A stretch of 63,539 nt of DNA, the filler included, from Reclinomonas americana ATCC 50394 (lineage: Eukaryota): assembly GCA_048213135.1 (NCBI GenBank). It is 15 parts of 15 records of this genome, joined end to end, with 100 filler letters (N's around TTAATTAATTAA, not from the genome) between each part and the next. Parts side by side here need not be neighbours in the genome. Positions count along the whole stretch, not along the records: positions 29,950 to 41,373 come from AFZH01023556.1; positions 41,474 to 51,438 come from AFZH01023557.1; 13 more parts are not named here. One strand, 5' to 3'. Below are positions 32,862-48,000 of this stretch, one piece after another; the first letter of the stretch is position 1, and every line of letters begins with the position of its first letter. The translations under genes were made by a program, and so were the position numbers. Under the pieces are notes generated by a model. The model ran no database searches. It was not told where the DNA came from and was given only the letters and a program-made list of their open reading frames with translations.

Positions 32862-35800
32862 CTAGAACAGCTGCACGCAAGTGCCGGCAATGGCCGGGTT
32901 GGTGCCGCTGCCGAGCACAGCAGTGTTCAGGCCCAGGCCGTCAGCGGCGGCCGGATTGCCAGTCGACGCCAGGAAGCGCGTCGTCCACTGCCAGTACACC
33001 AGGTAGTAGGTGGTGGCCGAGCCCACCGCAGTCCACGACACACGGTACTCGTTGGCGGCGTAGAAGTCCAGCGACGGAGTGCCAGCAGCCGGCACAATGC
33101 CAGTCGTGGTCACCGGCGACGCCTGGATGTAGATCGACAGCGAGTTGTTGCCCGTGCCAATCGAGTTGGTGGCGTTGAGGAAGAAGCGGTAGAAGTTGCC
33201 GTTCACCACCGTCACAGACGCCGTGGTGTCGGTGGCACCCACCGCCACCGCCGGGTTCGCCGCGGTCGTGCCCGATGCGCCAGTCAGCGACTGGCCAGAG
33301 ATGGCAGTCGACGCACCAGTGGCAGTCGTCAAAGAGAACGCAATCGCCGTGCCAGTGTTGCTGGTCACCGCAAAGTTGGTCTGGTCGTTCGGCACCTGGC
33401 CCGTCAGCACGTTGTTGTTGAGGCCGTTGCCGATGATACCGTCACCGAAGGTGGCCTGAGTGGTCGACGTGCCAATGCCGTTGATGCCGCGCACATCGAT
33501 GAAGTAGTTGGTGGCGTCGGTGAGGCCGCGGATCACAGCCTGCTGCACCGACGTGGTGTTCTGGGTCAGCGTGCTGGCCGTAGCCGCGCGCCACGACACC
33601 TGCCACTGGTTCACGAAGCCCTGGCCGCCAGTCTCCTGCGGCTGGCCCCAGCTGAGCGAGATCGAGGTTGAGCGCTTGAGCAGAAGGTTCGACGACAGCG
33701 ACGTGATGCCGCTCGGGCGCTGCGGCGACGTGGCCGTGGTGATGGTGATGGCCGACGCAGACCAGGCAGTCTGGTAGCCGTTGAACGACGCCACGCCAAT
33801 TGGTGTTGGAGGTCAGGCCATTCACCAGCAGCGACGAGGTGGTCGAGCCGAGCGAGCCAATGATCTGGTTCACGAACGAGTCCGGCACGAAGGTGGTCGA
33901 GGTGACGTTGGTCAGGTTCTGCACCAGCACCTGCACGCCGACGTAGTTCATGATGCCGTCCGAGGTGGCCAGCGAGTACTGAGTGCCGACCACAGTCGAC
34001 GGGGTCGACAGCGTGAAGGTGGCGTAGCCAGAGCCAGTGGTGCCAGCCGAGCCGCCAGTGGTCAGAGCCGGCAGCGGGTACGGGCGCACAATCGAGTTGC
34101 AATTGGCAATCTGCGACAGAGTGCCCGACTGAGCACCGTTCTGCGTCGAGGTCACACCAGAGTCCGAGCGGGTGTTGGTGGCCTGCACGGCGTAGGTGTA
34201 CGACTTGCCCGGAATGGACGGGAAGTTGAAGTTGGTGGTCGTAGTCGTCCACGTGTACGTGCGGTTGCAGTTGCTGGTGTTCTGCGTCACAACGTAGCCG
34301 TTGATCGAGGTGCCACCAATGCCAATCGGCGACGCCCACGAGATGCTGGTGATGGTGTCCTGGTAGCAGTTGCCAGAGAAGCCCACACCGAGGGTACCAG
34401 CCACAGCAGCGCAGCCGGCACTCGAGTTGGTGCCCTGCGAGTTCGCAATACCAGCAGCCAGCGTCGGGGCGGCCGGGGCAATCGGTGCGTCATCTGTGTG
34501 GTGGAGGAGAAGGGAGGCGGCGGCCGTGGATGAGATACTGATATTCAAAAGAAGCAGATGGTTCTCTTCTCCCTCTCTCACTACCACTCCCTCTCCTCTC
34601 CTCTCCTCTTTCTTTCCCTTTCCCTTCCCACCCCCCTCCCCTCCTTTCCCCCCTCCACGCAACTGGTGTTGTGAGTGGTCTGAGTCAGCGGGCCAGCAGC
34701 CGTGGCCGAGTTGGTCGACGTGGCAGTGGCGTACACCTGGTACGTGTACGACGTGTTGGCCGTCAGCGTCGTGTCGGCAGTGTAAGCAGCGGTCAGCGCC
34801 CAGCCAGTCGGCAGGGTCACCGTGCCCACGGACACCGGGGTCGCGCTGCCCTGGCCGCGGAAGATCGTGAACACCGTCACGGCGTTGGAGCCAAAGTTCT
34901 GCGGAATCGTCCACTGCAGGAAGATGTTGTTGAGGCCGTACTGCGTCACGACCAGGCTGGTCGGCGGGTTCGGCACGACACCGGTGGCAGCCGGAGTGGT
35001 GAAGTTGATGACAGTGCTGAACACGCACGTCACCGGGTTGGCGGTGGTGCCAGCCGGGTTGAAGGGCGAGGTCGGGAAGGCAATCGAGAACTGGTTGCTG
35101 GCGCACACCTGCACGTTGACCGAGGTGCCAGCCGGCAGGCCAGTCACGTCAATGTAGTAGGTCGACAGGTTGTTGCTCCACGACGCCGCAGCGCCAGTAC
35201 CGTTGGTGGACGGGATGGAGCTGGTGTCAATGTTGACGGCAGAGCCGGCAGTGGCCGCAGTCACCGACGAGGCGCTGGTGGTCGAGTACACCACACGGTA
35301 GGCGCTCAGATTCGGAGTCGGCGTCGTCAGGTTGCCCTGAGTGGCGCTCGAGGTGGCAGTGTTGGAGCCGCCGACGCTGATCGGGGTCGAGAAGTTGAGG
35401 CGCACGCCAGTCGAGAACAGGCGCGAGTACGCCACACCAGTGGGCGCAGCTGGCACGGAGCCGTTGTTGTCGGTGGTGGTCTGGATGGAGCCGGCCGCCG
35501 AGGCAGTGGTGTTGCTGTTGACGGTCACACGGATCTTGGTCGTGTACTGCGTGGCGGCCACAAAGTTGTTGGTGGTGCCGCTCACAGTGAAGCCGGTGAT
35601 CTGCTGGTAGAAGCCAGAGTTGTACGAGAACAGGCCGAAGAACGAGGTGGCGATATTGCCGTTGCCAGTCGCGCCGGTGGTGATGGCAGGCTGGTCAGTG
35701 CTGGCGTTGGTCACCGTGTAGGCGGCAGTCGGCGTAGCGCCAGTGTCGCCAGTGCCAAAGGTGGCCGGGTAGTTGAAGGCGACGACAAACGACGTCGAAG

Positions 35801-36670
35801 TGACCTGGTCCACAGAGCCAGTGTACGGAGCCACAGTGTAGGCAGTCGGTGCCGCCGGGGCGCTCATGGCACTCTGCAGTGTCACCGCCACGGCCGACGA
35901 GAAGGTCAGGTTGGCACCGTTGGTGCCAGGAGTGCCGTTGCCGTTGTTGTAGGTCACAGACACAGCGCAGCTGGTACCAGTCAGGCCAGTGACCTTGACG
36001 AGCACGCGGTTGCGCGACAGACCAGAGCTGCCGACCGGGATGCCAAAGTCGGTCAGGTCGCCAATGGTGGTGGCCACCGTCACCGCACCGGTGCCGCAGT
36101 CCGACTTGACGTACCACGACGGAGCACCGCCAATCACGCCCACATTGGCCGCCACACCCTCCCACTCCACCCACGCCGAAGTCGACGTGACGTAGCGCAG
36201 GGTCGACGACAGCGTCGGCGCCGCAGTCGACACCTTGGTGGCATCGGTGCCGCTGGTGGTCAGAGTGCCGCTCCAGGGAGCAGCCGAGCGGTTGATCTGC
36301 GACTCGGTCCACACGTTGAGCGTGTATACGTACGACTGGCCGGCGGTGATGCTGGCGGCGGCGAGCGCGCTCAGCGTGTAGCCGCGCCACGTGCCAGACG
36401 ACACGTTAGTGGCGGTTACAGTGGTGGGACCAGCGTCGGTGAGGACGAACGCGCGGTACGAGGTGGCAGTGACGGCCAGGTTGGACGTCTGCTGCACAGT
36501 GAGCGAGTTGTTGATATCTTGGAACTGGTTGGCACCAGTGCCGACCGAGCTCGAGGCAACGGTGGAGAGACCGCCCAGGCCGACAAGGTCAGTCACAGCT
36601 GCAGCCAGATGGTGGCCTGGGTGCTGCCAATGTAGTAGATGGCGTTGGAGCCGGCAGTGGCGGCCCACGG
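32862..36670 (-). pseudogene. Fibronectin-III-repeat, Thr/Ser/Gly-rich surface protein gene, frameshifted and apparently truncated
   Basis: Repeated FN3 patterns ('SISLSWGQP..TGG', 'GLTDATNYFIDVRGIN', 'YTYQVYA'). One intron at ~34494-34664. Frame breaks near 33800 and 36595. Confidence 0.7.
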
Positions 36671-37388
36671 GCTGTTCAGGAGGAAAGAGGGAAACGATGA
36701 TGAGTATCTCTGTGTGTCTGTGTGCGAGACACACACGCACACACTCACACTCACACACATACCACAGCTGGAAAGAGAACGCCGCACCAAGGACATGCCT
36801 GAGGAATGATGAAAGAGTGTCGACTTCGACCGCGGCCGCAAACTAGGGGTACGGCAGCACCCCAGAAGCCAATGTTGGGAAGCACCCCGTCCCCTTCTTT
36901 TTCTGGTCGACAGTACCCCGCACCCGGTGGGTAAAAAAGTACTGCACCCCGACACCCCTACCTCCGTGCCCCCCCTCGACACTCAGCCACAATCAGCAAT
37001 TGTCTCGCTCGGCGAGCTCGCGCAGTGCTCGGCGTGCACGCGAAATCTCAATCTCAAACTGGACTGCCAGCAAACTCACCGCCGAGAAAGCAAACCTCAC
37101 GTGCACATCCAACAATTGACGTCGACTTGTTCGTATGAACGCGTGTGTGTGTGCGCGCTGCAGCGCTGCTAACTGTGTGACGTGACATGTCTGACAGTGA
37201 ACCGTGCGCTGCCCACGTTGAACGAGCGTCAAGCTCACTGGAGCATGAGCTATACTGTCCGGACGAGATCGCAATCAAGAACAGCGCCCGAGTTATTGCG
37301 GCAGAATGTGGCGCCACCTCCACCACCACAACGTTAACCACCACCACCGCCGCCGGCCGCGGCGCCGCCGCCGCCGCCGCCATCGCAC

Positions 37389-40300
37389 GTGGCTACATCC
37401 TCAGCGCCACGAGTTGAGGAAGACGAGCTGCAGCTGGGTGTGGAGCTGCTGCGCATGCTGCGTGAGCGCATGCGTGCACGTGCACCTCATGAGCAACTTG
37501 GTACGGGCGCTCCGTCTGATGATAATGTGATGGCGGCTTTCGCCACCGTCGTGCAGCAGGCGCGCGTGGTGCGTGCGCCTGCACAAGATCAAGAGGCAGA
37601 ACGCGTACGACATTTGGAGCAAACTGTCGAGCAGCTGCGACAAAAGATTGATCATCTCGAACAGACGGTGGTCCTTGCACGGAACGTGACTCCGTCGTCG
37701 CCTGCCTCGGAACTTACACTCTCTGTACCACTACGATCAACGTCACGATTGGCAGTGTCAGCAGCTAGCGCTATATGCGCTGCAGTGGACGATCTCAAGT
37801 ACGTCCCGCCTGCGATAATGAATGCTCTTGGTCTCGTCGGCTCGAATGCGCAAGCCGCGCGAGCCAGCAATGGCCGCGGCACTCAACGTGGTATGCAGAG
37901 AACCGGGCGGCAGCAACGGGTCACGATCGAGTCGGTGAGTGACCGTGAGCTGAGAGACCTGAAACACAGAAACAAGTTCTCACTGTGTCGATGCGCACTT
38001 TTCTCCAACAGGCTCGAAATGCTGCTTTGGATGTCCTCCGCACCTCTCCAGATTTTGAGTCTGCTTGGTGGAACCCAGCGGCATACCAAGATGACGTGGA
38101 ACACGGCAGCAAGTTTCGGTCACTCAGTCGACTTTCAAGTTTCCCTGTGGCGAAAAACGAATTCTTCGTCCAGTTGGTGAGGGCGACAGACAGCGCCACC
38201 CAGGAGTGGGTTGAACAGTGTTGTCGCCACTATCAGGAACACGGCGCACCTGGCCATGGTCACGGCGTCGATATGCCGGCGCCCAATTCCGGCGCCTTGC
38301 GATTGGATATCCATGTCATCCCGGCAAACCATGCGCTGCGAGCCATCATCACCAAGAGGTTCAATGATCTCGTTCTGAGCAAGCTCCGCTTCTTACGCCG
38401 GGAGGAGTTTGACGCCGAGAAGATTACCCAGGCAGCAGACAAGAAGAAGAAGATGGCTCAAGAACGCCGCAAGGCTATGAAGCTCCAGCTGAACCGGCAA
38501 GCTGCTGTTATGGCGGGTTCGGATCCGCCGGAGAAGGAGAAGACTGCCGAGGAAGAGAAGCAGGAGGATGAGGAGGAAGAAGACGCCAGCGGCAACATTG
38601 AGAACCTTCACGACGCCACGCGCGTCAACGATCAGGATTCAGCTGCAGGCGCAGCAGGAGCTGCAGTCCACGTCAGTGGCAAGGTATATCGATATTTTTC
38701 ACTGATGTTTTTATTGACAAGTATTCTGAACTCGTGAAATGCGCATGCTCAGCGAACACGAGAAGAAGAGCCCACCGCCGCCAACGAATGCGTCGAAACA
38801 AGCGTCCGGCAGATGCGGGTGCGTATATTGTTATCCCCAGACTGTGTTGTTGAATAATGGCTTTCATACGTATTGAATAGTACTCACCCTCTCATTGTCA
38901 ACTCTATGAACATTTGTAGTTGACGGGCGCTGGCCATGGCTCCGGATCCAGTGCCAGATCCGACGTCGTCGTCGACGACGTCGAAATTGTCGAGGACTCG
39001 TGCGGATGCCCGCCCAATAAGCGTGCAAAGAAAAGCAATTTTGCACAAACAGCTGCAGGTGCGTCACGTCATCGGTCTCAGAGACTGACATACGCGTCGC
39101 CACACCCTCTGTGCGTACGTATATACACTGAGAACGCGAGGAGAGTGTTATTATGTGTACCACCGCGAGCGGCATCAAAATTTGACGTATTCCCTCCCTT
39201 CGCAGCCGGTGCCGCAGCTCCTCCACGTCGACGTACTAATACTGAACGAGTCGCGGAGTACCAGCCAATGCTGCTGGATGAAGGCGTATACAAGTACGCG
39301 TGCGTGGATGGAAGGGTGCGCTTTTTCCGCAAATGAGTATTGTTTGTGCGTGCTCAAGCGCGCTGATTCCCCTCGTGCGCTGTTCATGTGCATCGAACAA
39401 CAGCAAATTGCCGCTCCGCTTCGCATCGCGTTCCGCTGGGCGGAACCCGGAATCATAAAAGCCGAAGTCATTGAGCGGGCACGTGAGATTTTGCAACCAG
39501 GCGGTCCGGAAATGGCCATTGATGTTGATGTCGACGACGCGGAGTTCAAGGGAGAGGTCGCCAAGGTTGCTGCCGAGGTGATCAAGTACGCTGACTTTTG
39601 TCGTCTTCAGCCAGGGAAGAAGCTGAATGATGTCGTGCGTACACTCAACTGCAAGTTTCTCTCGTTGCCTTGTGTGTTGCCGGCCTCGCTCACACTTAAA
39701 TGCACTTGTTTCACAGCTGATCAACGCGTACATACGTTTGGTGAACGACGCCGGAGACCGCCTGCACGAAACACAGTACGTGCGACACGGTCTGGCTGGC
39801 GACCTCCACATGTCCAATATGGCGCCTGTACATGTACCGGCGTGGAACTGCTTCTGTCAACTCAGGCTGCAGCAACTGCCTTCGTATTGCATAGCGACCA
39901 CGTTCTTTTACGTCCAGCTGACGCATTTGCAAGGGGCTGCGTCGCTCGCGCGCCGTGCGTATGACTTCAAATCGACTGCATCGTGGACGAGTGCGAAAAA
40001 GGCACCTACCAAGCAGAGGATCGACATTTTGCGAAACGAGCGCATCCTGTTTCCGATACACCTGCACTTCGTTGACAATGGGCATTTTGCTCTCGCAGTT
40101 CTAAACTTGCGGCGCGGGAGACTGGAGTATTTTGACTCCGTGCCCAGCACGCGAGTTCACGGTCTGCTCGTATTGTCGGTATGGCGTGCATGCGGTCATA
40201 TCATTTCACTGCAAATCATGATCAACTTGCTGTTGTAAGAGTTTTAGCTCATCTGTTGTATATTAGGACATCGCTCGGTGGGCCAAAGACGAGTTTCGGG

Positions 40301-40820
40301 CGAGGCGCAGCGACGGACAGGCGATTCCTGAGTACCTCCACGACCTCGACGAAAAGATTGACGAGTTCGAGAAAGTTATCGTGCCTTGTCCGGCTCAGCG
40401 AGGAACCGACGATTGTGGCTTGCATATGCTGGCGGTAAGCTTATAAGATCTTTAAATGTCGAGTTTTTGATTGCGACTTGATTGATGTCGATTCTACCCT
40501 GATCTATCTCTTGTTTTTGCTACCGTGCACAGAACATGTTGTGCGTAGTGCATGATGTCCGCTTGGATGCGTTTGTCCACAGCGAGGCGATCGGCGAGGT
40601 TCGTCGCCTTATACAGCATGAGTTATTGATGTCGATCTACACTGGTTGCGCCGCGTACTCGCTTTCCCCGGAGCATGCGCGTGCCATAGCAAGCGATATT
40701 GAAAGGCAAACAGCATCAGCGCCAGCGCCTGCCGGCGCCGCCCACACCGCGGCGACCGCGCAGCCAAGTAGCTCACGCTCGACAACGGAGGCGATGATTG
40801 TAGATGGTGACTCACAGTGA
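37389..40820 (+). CDS. Multi-exon gene (or genes) ending in a Ulp1/C48 SUMO-protease domain
   Basis: 'TTFFY', 'ILFPIH...GHFALAVLN...EYFDS' and 'PAQRGTDDCGLHML' give an intact His-Asp-Cys triad with Gln. The upstream exon structure is uncertain. Confidence 0.75.
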
Positions 40821-41346
40821 ACTGGCACTCTACGAAGCGTGAATTACACCAGTGAAAGATGGCCATCGTGTGCGAATAGTAGTCCGCTAGCGCCGGAAAG
40901 AGCAGCAAAGCTGGCTCATCCTCCATCAACGTGAACAGCTCGGCCTCCGAATACGACGGACAGTACTTGACGAGCACCGCTGCGTGAAGCGAGAATTCTC
41001 AGTATGAGTGCTCACGGTCGACTCCGAATGTGTGTGAGCCTTGCCGGCTGCAAACAGCCTCACCTCGTAGCGCAAACATGATGACATGAGTAACGGCGAT
41101 CCAGTCCCGTCCAAGAAAGGAACCATTGTTGTTGGCGAATGAGTAAATGACGCGAGCCAGTGTCGGATCGTCGCCAGACATGGCACTTATGAAATCGGCC
41201 AGGTCCGACATCATCTGGCCGACGATGCTCTTCTCGTCGACGAGACGCAGGAAGCAGGTCTCGAGTGCGGCGCAGAAACGGACAGCAATACCCTCAGCAA
41301 CTATGTGACGATCGATGGGCAGCAAGATGTCTCGATGAACCTGCAT
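40820..41346 (-). CDS. Second, divergent CMC-like transposase copy (internal fragment, cut by contig end)
   Basis: 'DFISAMSGDDPTLARVIYSFANNNGSFLGRDW' and 'PALLLFPALAD' align with copy 1 ('DFISAMSGHDPSLARVIFSFANRSGCFFGRDW', 'PALLLFSALAD'). Confidence 0.75.
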
Positions 41347-42089
41347 GGCGGGGGGGGGGGGGTGGGGGTTGTGNNNNNNNNNNNNNNNNNNNNNNNNNNN
41401 NNNNNNNNNNNNNNNNNTTAATTAATTAANNNNNNNNNNNNNNNNNNNNNNNNNNNNNNNNNNNNNNNNNNNNATGGCACTGCGTTGCCAGCCATCGTCA
41501 GCTCGGGATCGAGGTTAACTCCTCCGCCACAAAGTTCTGCGCCTGCATCAGACCAGTCGGCCTGTTCCGAGCACGCAGAGCCAACACCATTGCAGGAGCC
41601 CTGGAGAGGAATGAGTGTCAGAAACCATGAGCATGTTTACAGGTGTGTGTGCACGTGCGATTGCAAGAGAGTGCTCAAGTGTGTGTGTGTGCGTGTGTGC
41701 GTGTGTGCGCGTGTCTCACTGGAGCTCGAGCTCTCCGACAGACGGGTGACTTAATTTAACTGAGCGTGGTGTCAAACACGACACTTATGGCGACCCCGAG
41801 GTCGACTCTGACATGCACCACACCTCGACGTCTGCACATTGACGTCTGTACCCCATATTTGCACCCCGACGTCTGCACCCCAGTACCCCAAGTCCTGTGC
41901 ACCCCCACCCTGTCACGGTCCTGTCAAAGTCAGAGGACGACATCGCGTTTTCTCTCCCCGACATCGTCGTCTACGCTTTCTGACCGTTGCTCCTCCACCG
42001 CTGCACGCTTGCACACAAACAGGACCGCCACCTGCGCTTCTGTTCCATCGAGTTCGACGCTGACAACGAAGCAGGACATCGCCGCAATC

Positions 42090-44737
<2,648 letters not shown>

Positions 44738-45075
44738 AACGAAGCTGTCCTGTGTCATGACAATCAATCGACTCAATCATCGCCCTCAGTGAGAGATAGA
44801 GAGTGAGATGGAGGGCGTGGGGCAAGTACTTCTCACCAAGTCACAAGACCTCTTCTACTACCTCAGCGGTTGGCCACGATATCCCCCCATCACTCTCTTT
44901 CGCTTCTTCTCATCATGATCAACACACACACACAGACACTGGCGGCATTGAGCCTGAGCTGGTGGCCCGCGCACGTGGCGCCTGTCGCACCCTCGCCGCT
45001 GTGCTACCACTGCTGCGAGTTGAGTCGCCCCCACACACAGAGCACAGAGCACAATTCATCAACAAAAAGTCACTC

Positions 45076-48000
45076 ATGCATTTCGCGCGCAATCCGCGCA
45101 CAGTCACTGCCGAGTCACCTGCTGGAGCAAGAGAGCCGACTGCAGACGCAACAGAGGTACCGTGCGCGGACATTGGGTCAGCAGCAGCAGCAGCAGCAGC
45201 CACCGCAGCAGCAATATGTCCAGTTGCCTACGCAGCCTTCGCCAACGCAGTCGGCGGCGGTGGACTCGGCCGCCGCTGCTATTGCACTGGAGGGTGCAGC
45301 GCCTCCCGATCGCCGTTGCGTGACTCCTGGCGCTGTTGCCCCCACGCGCATCACATACTCACCGGGTCGTCATGACACGTGACAGGGGCCGACTTGATGC
45401 AGCTCATTCGGGAGTTGGTCAACGCCATTCTCGACACCAGTCATGTGCTGGTTCTCGCTCGTGCTCTCTGTTGCACTGCTCGCGGTTTGCTGGCGTGGTC
45501 TCATGCTTCCTTTGTTGGCAGGATCGAATCAAGCAGGATTTCGGCAACATGGTTGCGATGCATCGTGACGGGGCGGAGGTCGGCAGTTTCTGGTGCGGTC
45601 GCGGTTCGCCCGACGCGGAACGCGTGAAGCGACTGCGATCGCTGATGGAGCAGGATGTGGTCGATGTGCGGCAGCATGTGTTGCTGTTGCAGACTCGCAT
45701 CCAGTCGACGTGCTTGCATGGTGAGCAACGACGACGACGACGGCAACTCGCTTCTTTGGCACTTTTCGTGCTCATCGCTGCCGTTGCAGTGCAACTGCTG
45801 GCACTGGACAATGTGTTTGATGCAACGTCGATTTTCGTGCTGCGGGAGGCGCGCGTCTTTTGGTCGTCTCGAATCGGTGCCATGCATTCGTCGGTGGAGT
45901 TCCCGGTCTTTGCCACCGCGTTCTTGGAGCACTTGCGGGAGACCACAGACTACCAGTCACATCCGGCCGTGCAGGCGTTGCATTATGGACTGCCAGAGTC
46001 GCCGCGACCAAAGGGCGACCCGTGCGTTCTCTTGCAGCGTCTCTTGCAGAGGTGAGCAATCACGCTCTCCCGTGTCTCTCTAGGTGATGATGCTGACTGG
46101 CGAGGCCACCAAGACATCTCGGATTGCAGAGTGCCCGCGAATCCGTCACCAATCTGCGCCTTCATGAGACGCTCATGGCACTGGTGACCAGCACTCGGCG
46201 TCGGCGTCCGTCCGTGTCGGTGAGTCGCGCCGTAGTGGGGTTTGCACGTCACGTGTCGTCTGACGATGTCGCACAATAGTTTGCCGGTGATCGCGCCGGT
46301 GCGGTGCCCGATGTTGTCGACGAATTCGATGGCGCAGTCTCGTTCTCGGACTCGCTCATCCTGCTGCTCATTGCGCTCCTGCGCGGTGCGTACGTGGGAC
46401 TACCTCGCGTGTGTTTTGAGCAACGGCGATGGCATCTCATGCTGTACCGTGAGCAGATGAACGAGCCATACTTTCCAGCATGCGCTGCCTCCGCGTTGGT
46501 GAAACCCCTGAGATGGTGAGCCAACGTCGATTATTTCCCGATTGCTTTGATGCCCAGCCTTATCGCCACCCTCAGCCCATGGCCTCGACGTTGTTTGACG
46601 AGAACGGAGCCTTCAACTGGGCCGCTCGTGCGAGCACGCTCCCGCCACTGTTGGTGGCCGCCAGTGCGTGTGCTGGAGAAGATACACGGCCACGCTGCGT
46701 ATTTCTCATCGTGTGTTCACACGCACAGTTTCCGCCCTCTGCGCCTTTCTACAGCACTGGGAGCACGACGCCTCGACGCTGCAGTTGTTGACCGACAAGA
46801 TTGCACGTGTCGCACGAGAGGTTGCGTGGTGCTTGCACACACGTGTGTATCACAAGCGACCGTGCCTGACGAGTGGAGTTTGTGCAGACGATCGGAGACG
46901 ACTCGGAGGAAGTGCGTGAGTTGTGCGAGCAGTACGCACAGCGCTGTGTTCGACTGCGTCAGCAGCAGCTGTCGCACATGCAACGAGCGGCCAACATTGT
47001 CAGCCGCACTGATGAGCGTGGCACATTGACGGCAGCGTCTGCTGTCGCTGCCACTGCCACTTTAGCTGCTGTCGCACCAACGCCTCCGGTCGGCGGTCGC
47101 GGAACGCCACTCGCCACTCCCCGTGCCATCTTCTCGGTTGCGTGTCAGTCTTCCTGTCGCCGCCCATTTCCGCCTGTGTTGACCTTATGGGCGCGCATTT
47201 GTACAGGACGGAGATAGCTGGCAGGCGCTCTTTGAGTGGGCCTGCGGTCTGGAGGGCTCGTCAGAGCGATCACGAACGCTGCACCAGAGTGGGTGCTGGA
47301 TCGATCCATGTTTCGTTAATTCCCGTTTTTTTGTGAAGCCGCCCGCTGTCTGTCGCTCATCGACAGCACTTTCCGACAGTGCTGGAGCTCGTCTACACGT
47401 GTGCGCTGTCGGCGGCGTCCCCGATCCCGCTGGAAATGATGCTCGAGGTGCCGGTACTGCGCAACGAGTGGATGGTGCACGCCATGTCACCTCTGCAGCG
47501 CTGTTCGTTGTGTTTGGTGCGTGTTACGTTCAACATGTGGTGTCTCCCGTTTTTGTGTGCTCACTTCTCACGTCCTCGGCAGATGGCAAAGTTGCCCGCC
47601 GGTGTTCCCCTTGTTCGCCCGACCGACCGTCTGCAGGTGGTGACAGACACGGGCACGGTGTTGTCCACCATACCCATTCGCCAGCAGCACACCTATGCTG
47701 TGGCGCAGCAGCAGTTACTGCTCATCAACGCCAGTTTCACGGCACTGCTCCGCGGTCCGTGCTTTCTGCGTCTAGAGCTTCGCGACGAAGATGCGCAACG
47801 AATGTTGCGCGAGTTGTTGTGTTAGTTAGGCAATTTCGTGCCGCCACCGACCGTTTCCTGGCACAGACCCGCTGCCGGCATGCTTGAATCGTCCGTGTAT
47901 GGGCTGCAGCACACGGCTGGCACCTCCTGTCACCCCGAGTACCAGGCCGCTCCGCAGCTTCGCCGCTTCAACATTGGACGACCGCTCTCCCTGCGCCACT

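Noticed and set aside
34671..36635. 654-aa plus-strand ORF (and similar long antisense ORFs at 2986-4485, 55655-56782 and 62445-63521)
   Set aside because: These are shadow frames opposite genuine GC3-biased genes.
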